The notes beneath the pieces are model-generated. The model did not search any database, was not told where the DNA came from, and was given only the letters and a program-made list of their open reading frames with translations. A stretch of 64,000 nucleotides of DNA from contig PSPW01000001.1 of the NCBI GenBank assembly GCA_004195615.1, forward strand, positions 82,881 to 146,880, read 5' to 3'. Below are positions 27,414-38,433 of the stretch, in pieces. This DNA comes from Methanobacteriota archaeon (GTDB lineage: Archaea; Thermoplasmatota; Poseidoniia; Poseidoniales; Thalassarchaeaceae). The first letter of the stretch is position 1; every line of letters starts with the position of its first letter. The position numbers and the translations under genes are program-made.

Positions 27414-28532
27414 ATGGCGACTATTGACGAACAAATCAAATCCCTAGAAGATGAGATAACCAAGACGAAGTATAACAAAGCCACCCAGGGGCACATAGGG
27501 AAGCTCAAGGCCAAGATTGCAGCACTCAGGCAGAAGCAGGAAAAGGCGCAGGCGCATTCCAGGTCAAGCGGAGGCAACCAGGGATTCGAGGTGAAGAAGT
27601 CGGGCGATGCCTCAGTCGCTCTAGTAGGATTCCCCAGCGTAGGGAAGTCGAGCCTGATCTCCCAACTCACCGATGTCGATTCGGAAACAGGCAACTTCGA
27701 ATTCACGACCCTGACATGCATCCCAGGCGTAATGGAGCACAGAGGGGCGAAGATTCAGATTTTGGATTTGCCGGGTCTGATCAAGGGCGCCTCAGAAGGT
27801 AAAGGCAGGGGGAAGGAGATCCTGAATGTCATCAGAGGCTCCGACATGGTTCTGTACGTTATTGACCCATTCCAGAAGTCACACTTCCAAATCCTGGATC
27901 AGGAGTTGTGGAAGTCTGGAATGAGGTTGAATCAGAGCCCCCCACAAGTCTTCGTCACCAGAACCAGGAGGGGGGGGATAGAGGTGCGTTCGACTCTCGA
28001 GCAGACGAACATGAGCGATGAGGAGATCCAAGGGATCATCAGAGGATTCGGAATAGTCTCGGCAACGGTGACCCTCAGGACCGATGTCACGGACGACCAC
28101 ATCGTCGACACCTTAGCTGGAAATCGAGTCTACAGCAAATCAGTTGTCGTAATCAACAAGATTGACCTAGCTAACGATAGGATTCTGAAGGGAGCTTACA
28201 AGGAGCTTCCCGAGGAGTGGCCGATACTCAACGTCTCAGCCAAGACGGGAGAGGGCATCGAGAAGATGAAGGATTTCATCTTCGACAACCTTGGCTTCAT
28301 GTCGATTTTCCTCAAGCCACAGGGGCAGGAGGCGGACATGGTCGAGCCTTTGATTGTGAAAGACACATCCACCATAAGGGACGTCTGTGCCAAGCTGCAC
28401 CGGGACTTCCTCAGGAAGTTTCGATATGCGAAGATCAAGGGACCAAGTGCCAAGTTCGATTGGCAGAGAGTGGGTCTGGACCATCGTCTGAAGGACGAGG
28501 ACGTCCTGACCGTGATTCTCAGGAAGTCATAA
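27414..28532 (+). CDS. DRG/Rbg family GTPase (OBG class) with TGS domain
   Basis: KYNKAT..HIGKLKAK, GFPSVGKS, FTTLT, DLPG, NKID, C-terminal QRVGLDH.LKDEDV. Confidence 0.95.
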   Translation: MATIDEQIKSLEDEITKTKYNKATQGHIGKLKAKIAALRQKQEKAQAHSRSSGGNQGFEVKKSGDASVALVGFPSVGKSSLISQLTDVDSETGNFEFTTLTCIPGVMEHRGAKIQILDLPGLIKGASEGKGRGKEILNVIRGSDMVLYVIDPFQKSHFQILDQELWKSGMRLNQSPPQVFVTRTRRGGIEVRSTLEQTNMSDEEIQGIIRGFGIVSATVTLRTDVTDDHIVDTLAGNRVYSKSVVVINKIDLANDRILKGAYKELPEEWPILNVSAKTGEGIEKMKDFIFDNLGFMSIFLKPQGQEADMVEPLIVKDTSTIRDVCAKLHRDFLRKFRYAKIKGPSAKFDWQRVGLDHRLKDEDVLTVILRKS

Positions 28533-28575
28533 CCGACTATCGATGTATTCACCAATGTGATGCCTATCCTAGAGC

Positions 28576-29352
28576 ATGGGCGAGGGGCTGCTGGAGCTGT
28601 TTGACAGTAGGGGCATGAGACGAATGGTTTCCCATCTTGATAAGAGGAGGAAGTTGTACCTAGGTGTTTTCGCCATTGGTTTCGTTGCTGGATACCCGAT
28701 GGCCGAGGTGATCATCGAATGGTTACTGGAGTCTGACGGATACATCCCCGAAGGAGTCGAGGTGATCATCCTGCAGCCTCTCGAGGTAATCTTTCTCCAG
28801 CTCAGGATAGCCGTCCAGATTGCCTTCGGACTGACGATCGCCACTATCATACTGGACCTGTCTTGGACTGGAAGTAGGATTTTTTCCGATGCCACTGCTC
28901 GATTATCCAGTAACGCGGGAGCGCTGATGGTCGTCAAGGCGATGCTGACAATATCTGTCATGGGTGCGATGGGTTTGGCCTATGCGCACAATGTACTGGT
29001 CCCATTCCTGTTGGAGTATCTAGCAGAGGACACCGCGGCATCTGGCCTGCAGTCGACATGGCAATTACAGTCATGGGTCGGTTTTGTCACGGGCCTGTAC
29101 TTCTCGTCCATAATGGGATTTCAAGTCCCGGTGATAGCAGTCCTGCTACTGAGGACTGGTTTGGTAGAGAGGAGCACGATTGTAGAGAACAGGGGTGCGA
29201 TTTGGTTCGCTGCGCTTTTCTTGGGTGCGCTAATCTCTCCTCCCGACCCAATCTCGCTATTCTTGGTAGGTGGGCCGATGCTAATTCTTCTCGAGATTGC
29301 ACTCCTGTACGAGGGGTTTGCTACTCAGAGAGCTAGCCTATCGACAGACTGA
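28576..29352 (+). CDS. tatC: Twin-arginine translocase subunit TatC
   Basis: HLDKRRK, PLE, GFQVPV, ISPPDPISL...PML.LLE; about 6 TM segments. Confidence 0.85.
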   Translation: MGEGLLELFDSRGMRRMVSHLDKRRKLYLGVFAIGFVAGYPMAEVIIEWLLESDGYIPEGVEVIILQPLEVIFLQLRIAVQIAFGLTIATIILDLSWTGSRIFSDATARLSSNAGALMVVKAMLTISVMGAMGLAYAHNVLVPFLLEYLAEDTAASGLQSTWQLQSWVGFVTGLYFSSIMGFQVPVIAVLLLRTGLVERSTIVENRGAIWFAALFLGALISPPDPISLFLVGGPMLILLEIALLYEGFATQRASLSTD

Positions 29353-29380
29353 TATCCTTCGCCAGAGGGAACTGAAGTAG

Positions 29381-30001
29381 TCACTCTTTGACACCAGCTT
29401 CGACCTCTGGTGCGCCCCCTTCCGAGAATTCAGAAATCGTCATCTGCGCTTCGGGAGCTAGGGATGCGGCGAGCTCGGCGCTGGTGAGCCCGAGCTTGGT
29501 GGCCTCCGACCTAAACCAAGCGCGGACCTTTCTGAACTCGACCTCTGGGCAACCAAAGTACTCGGCGAATCTCCGAGTGGTGGTGAGTCGTCGGGTGAGT
29601 CCGTCCCTCCTCCTGTCGATGAGGCCCATCGAAGCTAGATCCCGAACGTGGTCGTAGGCCTTCTGGCCGAGCATGTCCTTCAGCTGGGATTGCTGCATTG
29701 GCTGGTGGTAGGCAATCAGAGCTGCTGCTGGTAGTAGCCTTGGAGGTATGTCCGCCCTGAATGTCTCTGGGAGGAAGGAGGATAGTTCGGGCCTGACCTC
29801 GAATATCCACCTGCCTGAAACGTCCGTAAGTTGCAGGGCGCTGTCCTCTCTCTGCTCGAATCTCTTCCTCAGGTTGGATAGGCCGACGTGGATGACCCCT
29901 TTCGGTTCCCCGAGCATCTCGGAGAGCTCCTCGAGGGACATCGAGCGTCCCGCTCCGAACAGGATGGCTTCGAGTACTGTGGTCAGTGGCGGCTCAGACA
30001 T
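29381..30001 (-). CDS. scpB: SMC-Scp complex subunit ScpB
   Basis: LEAILFGAG, ALIAYHQP, TTRRFAEYFG; downstream of scpA. Confidence 0.93.
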   Translation of the reverse strand: MSEPPLTTVLEAILFGAGRSMSLEELSEMLGEPKGVIHVGLSNLRKRFEQREDSALQLTDVSGRWIFEVRPELSSFLPETFRADIPPRLLPAAALIAYHQPMQQSQLKDMLGQKAYDHVRDLASMGLIDRRRDGLTRRLTTTRRFAEYFGCPEVEFRKVRAWFRSEATKLGLTSAELAASLAPEAQMTISEFSEGGAPEVEAGVKE

Positions 30002-30986
30002 TTGAGACCTCCAACGAATCGGACTTCGGGTGTAGCTTATGGGTCAGTTCCTCATAGTCCTCTGATCCTTCCCAGAGGTCACCGAGGACTATCCTGCCGT
30101 TGTAACCCCCCTCCTGGTCGAGTGAGATGTAGCCCCTGTTTGTTAGGAACAGGGTGGATACGAATGCGGTGACTTGCGATTCTGTCTTGGTCTCCTGATC
30201 GTCCAGTCCCGCTTGCGAGTTCCTGTTCAGTTCGTCTGCGACCTCTCCGAGTGCCACCGATTCGGATGACTGTGCCCTAGATTTCAGAGCATCCCACGTC
30301 CTCTTCAAGTCTCCTTCGAGATCCTCTACGTGGAAGCTCCCGCTGAATCGTGCCCTTGCCCTGTCGTGTGCCTCCCTCCTCTCCTTGGCTATTCTCTCCC
30401 TGGTCCTCTGCTCCTCGGCAATTCTACTCGCGTCCTTGAGGCCGAGGAGGAGCTCACCGAGGGTGACTGGCCGGCCTTCTTCCCGGTGTATGCGCCCCTC
30501 GAACATCGAAGGTAGAGTCTCGTCGGCTGCTCCGGTCATGACGCCCACTGAGAAGTTGTAGTCAGCGTCATCGAATTCGACCTCCCAGCCGTCATCGAAG
30601 TCCCAATCGACTTCCTCCTCGAAATCCATAGCCCTCTCCTGACGCTCTATCAGGGAGATCGCCTGACCGCGTAGGATGGACCACGCCATCCTGATTATGC
30701 GACCGCACGATGGGAGGTCAATGTTCTCGGCCTTCTCGATTCGCTCGTTGAACATCTCGATGAAACTGGATAGGTCGACGTCCCAGGGGTCCAAGTCGCT
30801 CGATTGGAACATCTGGAACACCAGGGCAACCGAACGGTCGAATGGGTCGATGAGGAATTGATGCTCCGCCTCGTCCAGGGTCGACAGCTCCATCAGCCTG
30901 TCCAGGAATTTACTGGCCTCTAGGTTGGGCTGGCCCTCAAGCAGACGGAGGACAACATCATCCCTCATCTGCTCTCCGAAAATCAC
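29994..30986 (-). CDS. scpA: Kleisin ScpA
   Basis: LDPWDVDL, RPVTLGELL, C-terminal FVSTLFL...ISLDQ; overlaps the smc stop codon and the scpB start. Confidence 0.88.
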   Translation of the reverse strand: MIFGEQMRDDVVLRLLEGQPNLEASKFLDRLMELSTLDEAEHQFLIDPFDRSVALVFQMFQSSDLDPWDVDLSSFIEMFNERIEKAENIDLPSCGRIIRMAWSILRGQAISLIERQERAMDFEEEVDWDFDDGWEVEFDDADYNFSVGVMTGAADETLPSMFEGRIHREEGRPVTLGELLLGLKDASRIAEEQRTRERIAKERREAHDRARARFSGSFHVEDLEGDLKRTWDALKSRAQSSESVALGEVADELNRNSQAGLDDQETKTESQVTAFVSTLFLTNRGYISLDQEGGYNGRIVLGDLWEGSEDYEELTHKLHPKSDSLEVSNV

Positions 30987-33900
30987 TATGCATCCTCCCT
31001 GTATTCGATCTCAGGGATTGAGGGGGCTTCCTCCTGCTCCTCAGTTTGTGCTGTTTCAGACTCCTCGATGTCCTCGGTGACGTCCTCAGTGCGCCCCCTG
31101 AGGCTCTGGAGACCCTCTCCCTCTGGCTCGGGAATTCCGTCTTCGGGCACGTCGACCCCTGCCCTGTCGGCTAGCCCACCGAGGCTCGAGGGGGCTGGCA
31201 GCGGTTCTGGGGTCTTTGGCATGTCCGCAGGGGATGGTAGCTCCGGCATCGCCTCCTTCTCCGTCTCGGAGGCGATCCTCGCCTTCTCCTCGGCCTCAAT
31301 CTCCTCGCTGAGGTCCAATGCGGCAGCCCTGTCGAAGTCGGTTATCCTCTGGCTGCATCCGTTGCCTGCGTGGGTGATTCCTATGTGGTGGTCGGCCAGC
31401 GTGAGGCTGACCTTCCTCAGTGTGACCATGATGAATTGTGCCATGCCGCTCCTCATCCTGCAGAGGGCTGCGATCTTCTCGGAGTTGAATGGGTCGAGGT
31501 TCTGGTCCACCTCGTCGAAGTAGTAGAACGGGCTGGGTTCGTAGTCCTGTATCGCGAATATCAGTGCGAGCGCTGCCATCGACTTCTCGCCGCCGGATAG
31601 GGCGGCCCTCCGAGTGTTCTGGCTCTTGCCCGGTGGGACGCATGCCATCTCCAAGCCTCCGTCGAAAGGGCTGTCTATGTTCTCGAGCTTCAGTTCGCCG
31701 CTGCCTGTGGGCTGCAATATCTCGTACACCCTCCGGAAGTTGTTGTTGACGTGCTCGAAGACGTTGAGCAGCCGCGTCTTTCGCTCGTCCTCCAGTTGGT
31801 CTGCTATCGTGGAGAGCTCGTCCCTGCGCTTCCTCAGGAGATTGCCGTCTGCAATCAGGTCCGTGATGCGCGCGGCGGCGGCGTCATACTGCTCTATGGC
31901 GAGCATGTTAACGTCCCCGAGGGCGCGGAGGCGGCGCTCGAGCCCCTGCACGCTCCGCTCCGCCTCCACAACTGTTGGCAGTTGCGCGTCTTCTGGTGGG
32001 ATTGGTATGCCGGCCGCCCCTAGTTCGGCCACAATCTCGTCCAGCGCCTCGCGCCTCTGCTTGATTTGTACGCTAAGTTCCTCCAATCGCCCGGATATGC
32101 TCTGCTTCTCCTGGGAGATCCTCTCTAAGTGGGCCCTTAGGCTGGCCCTCTCCTCGATGATCTCGTCCCTCTTGTCGTTCAGGAGCTTCTGCTCCTCGTC
32201 GAACTGGGAGGCCTGCTCTCTGAGTTCGAGGAGCATCGACTCGGATTCTCCTATGCTCGACTTGAGTTCGCCGATCTCCTTCTCTGCCCTGGAGATCGAG
32301 TCGTTCTGAGACTTGACCTGTCTGTCCAGCTCTGCCACCCTGTCTATCAGAATCTTCAGCTGCTGGGTCGATGTCTCGATTGATGCCTCGGACATGACGC
32401 GAGTCCTCTCTGCCTCGGTTCTGACCCTCTCTGCCTCTCTGAGCTTGACAGACAGGTAGTCGGGAGTGTGGTTCTGGAGGTCTTCTGCGGCCTTGGACCG
32501 GGTGGCCGTCGCCTCCTCGAGGGAGACTCGGGCATTCTCGCATATCGCTGAGAGTCGGGACTTCTCGGACTCGCATTCGTCGAGCTCCTTGTTGGCTGCT
32601 TTGAGCTTGGTTCTGATCTCGCTGACCGCCTTCTCGGCCCTGCTCATGTCGGCCTTCCAATTCCTGATCCTGACCGAGTGGTCATCGTTGTCGAGACCGT
32701 GTATCCTGTCCCTGAGCTCTTGCTGGCTCCTGCGGAGCTCCCTCAGAGCGCCGTCAACAGTGAAGAATAGGAGGTCCGCCTCTTGGACGCCCATCTCCAT
32801 CCTGTCTATTCCGGAACTCCCGGCTCCCGAACCCTCGAATCTCGGGCGGCCCTTCTTCGAAGAGGAGCCGCCAGTCATGGCGCCTGAGCTCTCGATGACC
32901 GCCCCGTCGAGGGTGACCATTCGCACTCCACCCATGTTCTCCCTCGCAACGTCCATGGAGTCAACGACCAGCGTGTTCCTCCCTGCATAACGAACCGCGG
33001 TCTCGACGCTTTGGTCGAATTCTAGCAGATCGTGGACGAATCCTACCACTCCGGGGTTTCTCGCCACTAGGAGCGTCCTTCCCTGGGGACGGGAGACTGA
33101 GAGTTTGTTGAGGGGGAGGAAGGTTGCCCTGCCGCCGCCATTCTTGCGTAGCCAGGTGATGCACTTTGATGCTACGTGGTCGGAGGTCACGACGATGCTC
33201 CTGAGACCGCCTCCGAAGGCGAATGACAGTGCCTCCTCGTGAGAGGGGTCCTTCGGAGACGCCAGTTCCCCGAGGGTCCCGAGGATTCCGTGGATTTCCC
33301 CGCTCTCCCTGAGCCGGGATAGTGCTGCTAGGGTGTGTGCCGAACCCGGAGTGCTTGACCTAGCCTCCATTCTGGCCTTGGCCTTGGCGAGGCCCATCTC
33401 CGCGTTCCTGAGCTTGGACTCGGCCCTGTCCCGATCATCGACGAGGGATCTCTCCTGCTTCTGCAGGCTCATCAGCTCCTTGGCCATGGACTCTCTGTTG
33501 ATGTCGGGACTGGAGTCCTCGAGGTCCTCCCCTACGAGCGCGTGGTCGTCCCTCTCGAGCTCGGCGGTCTCGAATGCCTGCTCTATGTCGACCAGGTTCT
33601 CAGATGCTATCTGGGATCTCTGGTTCGCCCGGTCGTAATCCAGTTGGGCTTGTGAGTATGCTGTGCTGGCGGACTGCTCGTCCTCAGTGGCCTTGCCTAG
33701 AAGCCTGTTGAGGTCGCGGCCGAGCTTGTCTCCGGACTGGATGGCCTTCCTCGCCTCTTCCTCGTCCTCAGCGGCCTTCTTCAGGGCCGCCTTAGAGTCT
33801 GAGACCCTTTGGTGGAGGTCTGTGATGCTCTGCTCTGATTGTATGCGGGCTTTGTCGGCCCCTTCCCTCTCACGTATCAGAATTTCGATCTCCTCCTCCG

Positions 33901-34891
33901 AGCTCTCGATGGCCCTCTTGTGGTCGCCGATGCGGTCGGAAGCGGTCTCCAGATCGATCTCGTGTTGCCTAATTTTGTCTATGATCTCCTTTGCATCCTC
34001 GCCCATGGCCACTTCGAGATCCCTTCTAAGTTGGACAAGTTCCTTGTCGTATCCGTCCAGTCTCTGACTCGATTCCAGCATCTCCTTGGAGAGGTCTTTC
34101 TCCTTTGTGACGTAGTTGGACCTCTCCTCCGACAGTAGTGATACCTCTCCCTGTCTGTTCCTGTGTTTGGATTGCTCTAGAGTCAATCGGGCTAGGTCCG
34201 CCTCTCCCTTCAGTTCCCTGAACTTCAGAGCCTGCTCTCGTTCCTTCTCGAGCTCCGTGAGTCGTCCCTTCTGGTCGGCCTCGAAGATGTCGATCGTCTC
34301 TATGCTGTTCTCGACGTGCTTGCGCTGCGTGTTCGCCTTTCGTATCTCGTCGTCGTAGGCAGTCACCCCGGCGACCTGCTCCAGTACCCCCCTCCTCTTG
34401 TGGGGAGTCATGGTGGCTAGGTTAGTGACGTCGCCCTGCAGCACTATGTTGTAGCCGTCCCCTCTCAGTCCGGCCTCCGAGAGAATCCTTCTCATCTCGG
34501 TGGCCGAGGATGGATTGTCGTTGATCCTGAACGAGGAGACTGGGTTCCCCTTCCTGTTGAGTTTGACCGACCTCGTGAAGGAGACCTCGTCCGAGTCGGA
34601 GCGGAGCCTCCTCTTGCCCCCGACCTCCGGGGTGTTGCTGAATACCAGGGTCGCCGACATGTGTTTTGCCGGGCTACCGGACTTTCCTCCGTTGAAGATG
34701 AGCTCAGAGACATTGGAGGCCCGGAGCGATCGTGTAGACTTGGGTCCGAGGACGAATCCAATGGCATCTCCGCAGTTTGATTTACCGCTGCCGTTGGGGC
34801 CGGTGATCGCTGTGAAGCCCTCCTCGAACGGAATGATCGACTCGCCGCCGAACGACTTGAAATTCTCAACCTCAATCCTGACTAGATGCAT
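30986..34891 (-). CDS. smc: Chromosome segregation protein SMC
   Basis: NFKSF, GPNGSGKSN, hinge GRATFLPL/GAMTGG, LSGGEKS, FDEVD and long coiled coils. Confidence 0.97.
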   Translation of the reverse strand: MHLVRIEVENFKSFGGESIIPFEEGFTAITGPNGSGKSNCGDAIGFVLGPKSTRSLRASNVSELIFNGGKSGSPAKHMSATLVFSNTPEVGGKRRLRSDSDEVSFTRSVKLNRKGNPVSSFRINDNPSSATEMRRILSEAGLRGDGYNIVLQGDVTNLATMTPHKRRGVLEQVAGVTAYDDEIRKANTQRKHVENSIETIDIFEADQKGRLTELEKEREQALKFRELKGEADLARLTLEQSKHRNRQGEVSLLSEERSNYVTKEKDLSKEMLESSQRLDGYDKELVQLRRDLEVAMGEDAKEIIDKIRQHEIDLETASDRIGDHKRAIESSEEEIEILIREREGADKARIQSEQSITDLHQRVSDSKAALKKAAEDEEEARKAIQSGDKLGRDLNRLLGKATEDEQSASTAYSQAQLDYDRANQRSQIASENLVDIEQAFETAELERDDHALVGEDLEDSSPDINRESMAKELMSLQKQERSLVDDRDRAESKLRNAEMGLAKAKARMEARSSTPGSAHTLAALSRLRESGEIHGILGTLGELASPKDPSHEEALSFAFGGGLRSIVVTSDHVASKCITWLRKNGGGRATFLPLNKLSVSRPQGRTLLVARNPGVVGFVHDLLEFDQSVETAVRYAGRNTLVVDSMDVARENMGGVRMVTLDGAVIESSGAMTGGSSSKKGRPRFEGSGAGSSGIDRMEMGVQEADLLFFTVDGALRELRRSQQELRDRIHGLDNDDHSVRIRNWKADMSRAEKAVSEIRTKLKAANKELDECESEKSRLSAICENARVSLEEATATRSKAAEDLQNHTPDYLSVKLREAERVRTEAERTRVMSEASIETSTQQLKILIDRVAELDRQVKSQNDSISRAEKEIGELKSSIGESESMLLELREQASQFDEEQKLLNDKRDEIIEERASLRAHLERISQEKQSISGRLEELSVQIKQRREALDEIVAELGAAGIPIPPEDAQLPTVVEAERSVQGLERRLRALGDVNMLAIEQYDAAAARITDLIADGNLLRKRRDELSTIADQLEDERKTRLLNVFEHVNNNFRRVYEILQPTGSGELKLENIDSPFDGGLEMACVPPGKSQNTRRAALSGGEKSMAALALIFAIQDYEPSPFYYFDEVDQNLDPFNSEKIAALCRMRSGMAQFIMVTLRKVSLTLADHHIGITHAGNGCSQRITDFDRAAALDLSEEIEAEEKARIASETEKEAMPELPSPADMPKTPEPLPAPSSLGGLADRAGVDVPEDGIPEPEGEGLQSLRGRTEDVTEDIEESETAQTEEQEEAPSIPEIEYREDA

Positions 34892-35031
34892 CCCTTCACC
34901 TCAGTCGTCGGGAAATAAATCACCGACAACAGCGCCAGTCGTTCCATTTGGGGTTAAGAACATTGAGGCAGTAGGGCGATTAGGGACATGAATTAGGAGA
35001 TGCTCCGGGAAAAGCCGCGGAAGAACTGCCT

Positions 35032-38000
35032 TCACATGTTCCTTCTGAACTTCCCACCGCTCTCGAAGAGAGCCTGCGTGACCTGTCCAACCGAGCAATG
35101 CTCTACTATGTGCATCATCACTTCGAACAGATTGCCACCCTCGCGAGCAACTTGCTTTAGCCGGCTCAGGCATTCCTCAGACTCCGCCGAGTGCGCTTCC
35201 TTGAACTCCCTGTTCCTGTTGATTACCATCATCTTCTCCGATTCGTCAGATCTGGTCACGTCGATATCAAATTCCTCTGCTGAGGGTGTGGACGAGTCGG
35301 GGTCGGTGAACGTGTTGACGCCCACGATCGGCGTCTCGCCCGTGTGCTTGCGATGCTCGTACAGCATGCCTTCGTCCTGAATTCGGTTGCGCTGATAGTT
35401 GACCTCCAGTGCACCGAGAACTCCTCCTCTGCTATGCATCTCCTCGAAGATACGCAGGACCTTCTCCTCGACCTCGTCCGTGAGGAAGTCCGCTACGAAT
35501 GAGCCCTGCAAGGGGTTCTCGTTCCGCAGCCAGCCGTACTCCTTGGTGAGGATTAGCTGGATCGCGACCGCGTCTCTGACCGTGTCCTCCGTGGGAGTTC
35601 CGAAAGCCTCGTCACGGCTGTTGGTGTGGAGACTGTTGGCATTGTCGGCAAGCGCGTAGAGGGCCTGCAAGGTGGTCCGGTAGTCGTTCCACGTGAATTC
35701 CTGGGAGTGGAGAGATCGTCCGCTGCTCTGTATGTGGTACTTGAGCTTCTGGCCCCTTTCCTCGACTCCATAGAGGTCGCGCATCGCTATTGCCCAAATC
35801 CTCCTGGAGACTCTGCCGATTACAGCGTACTCGGGATCCATCCCATTGGAGAAGAACCATGAGAAGTTCCTGAGGAACTTGTCGGGATCGAGCCCTCTGG
35901 CCTTGAACAGTTCGACGTAGGTGAGGCCGTTTGAGAGCGTGAGTGCCGCTTGGGTGATTGGGTTCGCCCCTGCCTCATCGATGTGGTAGCCGCTGATGCT
36001 GACGAAGTAGTGGTTGCGGACCCCGTTGTTCACGTAGAACTCCGCGACGTCCCCCATCATCCTGAGCGCCGTGTCCAGATTGAACACCAGGGTGTTCTGG
36101 CCCATGGCTTCCTTCAGCTGATCGGCCTGGACCGTCCCCCTCACGGTGGAAAGGGCGTAGGCACTGATTTCCTCGGATTCGTTCTCGCTGGGATCTCTCC
36201 CGTTCTCTTCGACGAACTTCCTAGTCTGCTGCCTAATTGCAACTCTGAAAAAGGCTGCTAGGTGCCACCAATAGTTACCGTTGATGGTCATGCTGACCGA
36301 GGTGTTCGGAGCGCATAGGTCGAAGCCGACGAACAAACGGTCCATCTCGTCCACCGTGCTGATGCTGACTCCAGACTCGCATACCTTCCCGAAGATATCG
36401 AGCCTCTCCTGCGGGTCATTCCCATACAGGCTAGGGGAGTCGAATGCTACTGAGAGCCTGTTGAACGACTGGTCCTTTGACAGGAAGTGGTAGCGCTTGT
36501 TGGTCCTCTCTGCGCTGCCCTCTCCGGCGAACATCCTGACTGGGAGCTCATCCTCCCTCCTGAATGGGAAGACTCCACCCGTGTAGGGGAAGGCCCCCGG
36601 GGCGTTCTCCTTGCGAATCCAAAGGAGTTTGTCCCCCCAGTCCTGAGTCGTGGGCAGGGCGACTCTCGGCACTCTGGTCCCCGATAACGTCTCGTGGGTC
36701 GTCTTGACTGAGATTTCTTTTTCTCGTACTGTGTAACTCGCCTGACCGGAGCGGTATGCCTCGGACTTCGAATCGAACTCGTTCAGAGACGCCCATGCTG
36801 CTTCGGGTATTGAGCTCCTGATCTCGTTTGCCTCGTCGAGCAAGTCCTGGTTAGTGTCCCTCTTGCTGGAGGATTCCAGCAGTTTGGCCGCTGCTTCGAG
36901 TTGCTGCACCTGACGGACGGATTTCGCTACGTCTTCTGACCTCTTGTGGTAGTCCCTCACGGTTGAGGCGACCTCAGCGAGGTACCCCTGACGCTTGGGG
37001 GGAATCGGGGTATCGCGATTCGGCAGCCCATCTGGGCCCAAACGAGGTTCGCTAGCGGAGAAGTCGGTCCCAAACTTCTCGTTCAGCTGGACTGTCATCA
37101 TCTCCCAGAGGCGGTCCACGCCAGCATCGGCGAACTGGCTGGCTATTGTGGGCACAACTGGCATTGATTCGGGATTCTCGTCGAAGGCCTCTCGGTTCCT
37201 AAGGAACTGCTTGCGGATCTCGGTCAGTGCGTCCTCTGCACCGGGCCTGTCGAACTTGTTCAGTACCACGATGTCGGCGAAGTCCAAGGCAGCTAGCTTC
37301 TCTAGCTGGCTCGGTGCACCATACTCTCTGGTTGTGACATAGATGGAGATGTCTGCCACTTCGGTGATGGCATCGTCCCCCTGGCCGATGCCACTCGTCT
37401 CGACAATGACCAAGTCAAAGCCGACCGCTTTGCAGGTCTCGACGGCTCGATCGACGCACTCGGCGATCTCCCTGCCGCTGTCCCTGCTCGCGAAAGAGCG
37501 CATGAACAGCTTATGGTCGGAAAGGGAGTTCATTCTGATTCGATCGCCGAGTAGAGCCCCGCCCGTCTTCTTCCTAGTGGGGTCCGTGGCTAGCAAGGCC
37601 ACCCGGGCATCCGGGTTGTCTCTGCGGATCCTGAGCATAACCTCGTCCATCAGACTAGACTTACCCGCCCCGCCTGTCCCGGTGATGCCGATCACGGGGC
37701 ACTCTGATTCCGAGTTCCTAGAGCGGGCCTTGGAGAGAGTATCGTAGAACTCATCTGGATGGGAGTTCTCTGCCATCGTCAGAAGCAGGGAGACCATCCC
37801 ATGGTCGTCGGCATCAACCGGGCCGGATATCGAGTCGAACCTGGATCTCTCCAGGAGGTCTATCTCCGATGCCTGGTTCATTGCGTCCCGCACCATTCCG
37901 ACAAGGCCCAAGTCCCTGCCATCGTCTGGCGAGTAAATCCGCGAAATCCCATTTCTTCTGAGCTGTTCAATTTCATGTGGGAGGATAGTTCCTCCCCCTC

Positions 38001-38268
38001 CTCCGAACAAGAACACGTGGCCGAAACCCTCCTCATCTAGGATCTCCTTGGTGTGAGTGAACATCTCAACGGCACCGCCTTGGTAGGAGGTGATTGCGAC
38101 TGCGTGTGCGTCCTCCTGGATGGCCGCACGTGCAACCTCGTCGGCACCCCTGTCATGCCCAAGGTGGATTACCTCGCAACCCTGGCTCTGGAGAATCCTC
38201 CGGAAGATTCCTATGGCCGCGTCGTGGCCATCGAAAATCGCGGCTGCGGTGATAATGCGAATGGGCAT
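35032..38268 (-). CDS. icmF: Fused B12-dependent acyl-CoA (isobutyryl-CoA) mutase / MeaB-type GTPase (IcmF)
   Basis: N-terminal B12-binding FDGHD...SYQG, GTPase GTGGAGKSS, ETSGIGQ and NKFD, then mutase domain RMFAGEG, SISGYHI and LHTN. Confidence 0.93.
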   Translation of the reverse strand: MPIRIITAAAIFDGHDAAIGIFRRILQSQGCEVIHLGHDRGADEVARAAIQEDAHAVAITSYQGGAVEMFTHTKEILDEEGFGHVFLFGGGGGTILPHEIEQLRRNGISRIYSPDDGRDLGLVGMVRDAMNQASEIDLLERSRFDSISGPVDADDHGMVSLLLTMAENSHPDEFYDTLSKARSRNSESECPVIGITGTGGAGKSSLMDEVMLRIRRDNPDARVALLATDPTRKKTGGALLGDRIRMNSLSDHKLFMRSFASRDSGREIAECVDRAVETCKAVGFDLVIVETSGIGQGDDAITEVADISIYVTTREYGAPSQLEKLAALDFADIVVLNKFDRPGAEDALTEIRKQFLRNREAFDENPESMPVVPTIASQFADAGVDRLWEMMTVQLNEKFGTDFSASEPRLGPDGLPNRDTPIPPKRQGYLAEVASTVRDYHKRSEDVAKSVRQVQQLEAAAKLLESSSKRDTNQDLLDEANEIRSSIPEAAWASLNEFDSKSEAYRSGQASYTVREKEISVKTTHETLSGTRVPRVALPTTQDWGDKLLWIRKENAPGAFPYTGGVFPFRREDELPVRMFAGEGSAERTNKRYHFLSKDQSFNRLSVAFDSPSLYGNDPQERLDIFGKVCESGVSISTVDEMDRLFVGFDLCAPNTSVSMTINGNYWWHLAAFFRVAIRQQTRKFVEENGRDPSENESEEISAYALSTVRGTVQADQLKEAMGQNTLVFNLDTALRMMGDVAEFYVNNGVRNHYFVSISGYHIDEAGANPITQAALTLSNGLTYVELFKARGLDPDKFLRNFSWFFSNGMDPEYAVIGRVSRRIWAIAMRDLYGVEERGQKLKYHIQSSGRSLHSQEFTWNDYRTTLQALYALADNANSLHTNSRDEAFGTPTEDTVRDAVAIQLILTKEYGWLRNENPLQGSFVADFLTDEVEEKVLRIFEEMHSRGGVLGALEVNYQRNRIQDEGMLYEHRKHTGETPIVGVNTFTDPDSSTPSAEEFDIDVTRSDESEKMMVINRNREFKEAHSAESEECLSRLKQVAREGGNLFEVMMHIVEHCSVGQVTQALFESGGKFRRNM

Positions 38269-38433
38269 TTTCCCGCCGGAGGCTGTGATTGGGGCATCGG
38301 TTGCACCGTTCCCAAGGCTGCTTTCCACACCAACCCGAAAACATAACTCCACAAGAATGCGTTGACTGAAGAAAACAGTGTCTTGGGCATTTCCGGGACA
38401 TGCTTCAAGACTGGGTGAGAGTTCCAGGGTATA

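Noticed and set aside
29381-34891. smc-scpA-scpB as a Wadjet/MksBEF-type defence system
   Set aside because: It is a canonical hinge-containing SMC with ordinary ScpA and ScpB and no JetD/MksG nuclease, so a housekeeping condensin.
31068-34991. Multiple Ser-rich plus-strand ORFs over smc, and similar ORFs over icmF and the giant gene
   Set aside because: Antisense or alternative-frame artefacts of Glu-rich, GC3-biased coding sequence.
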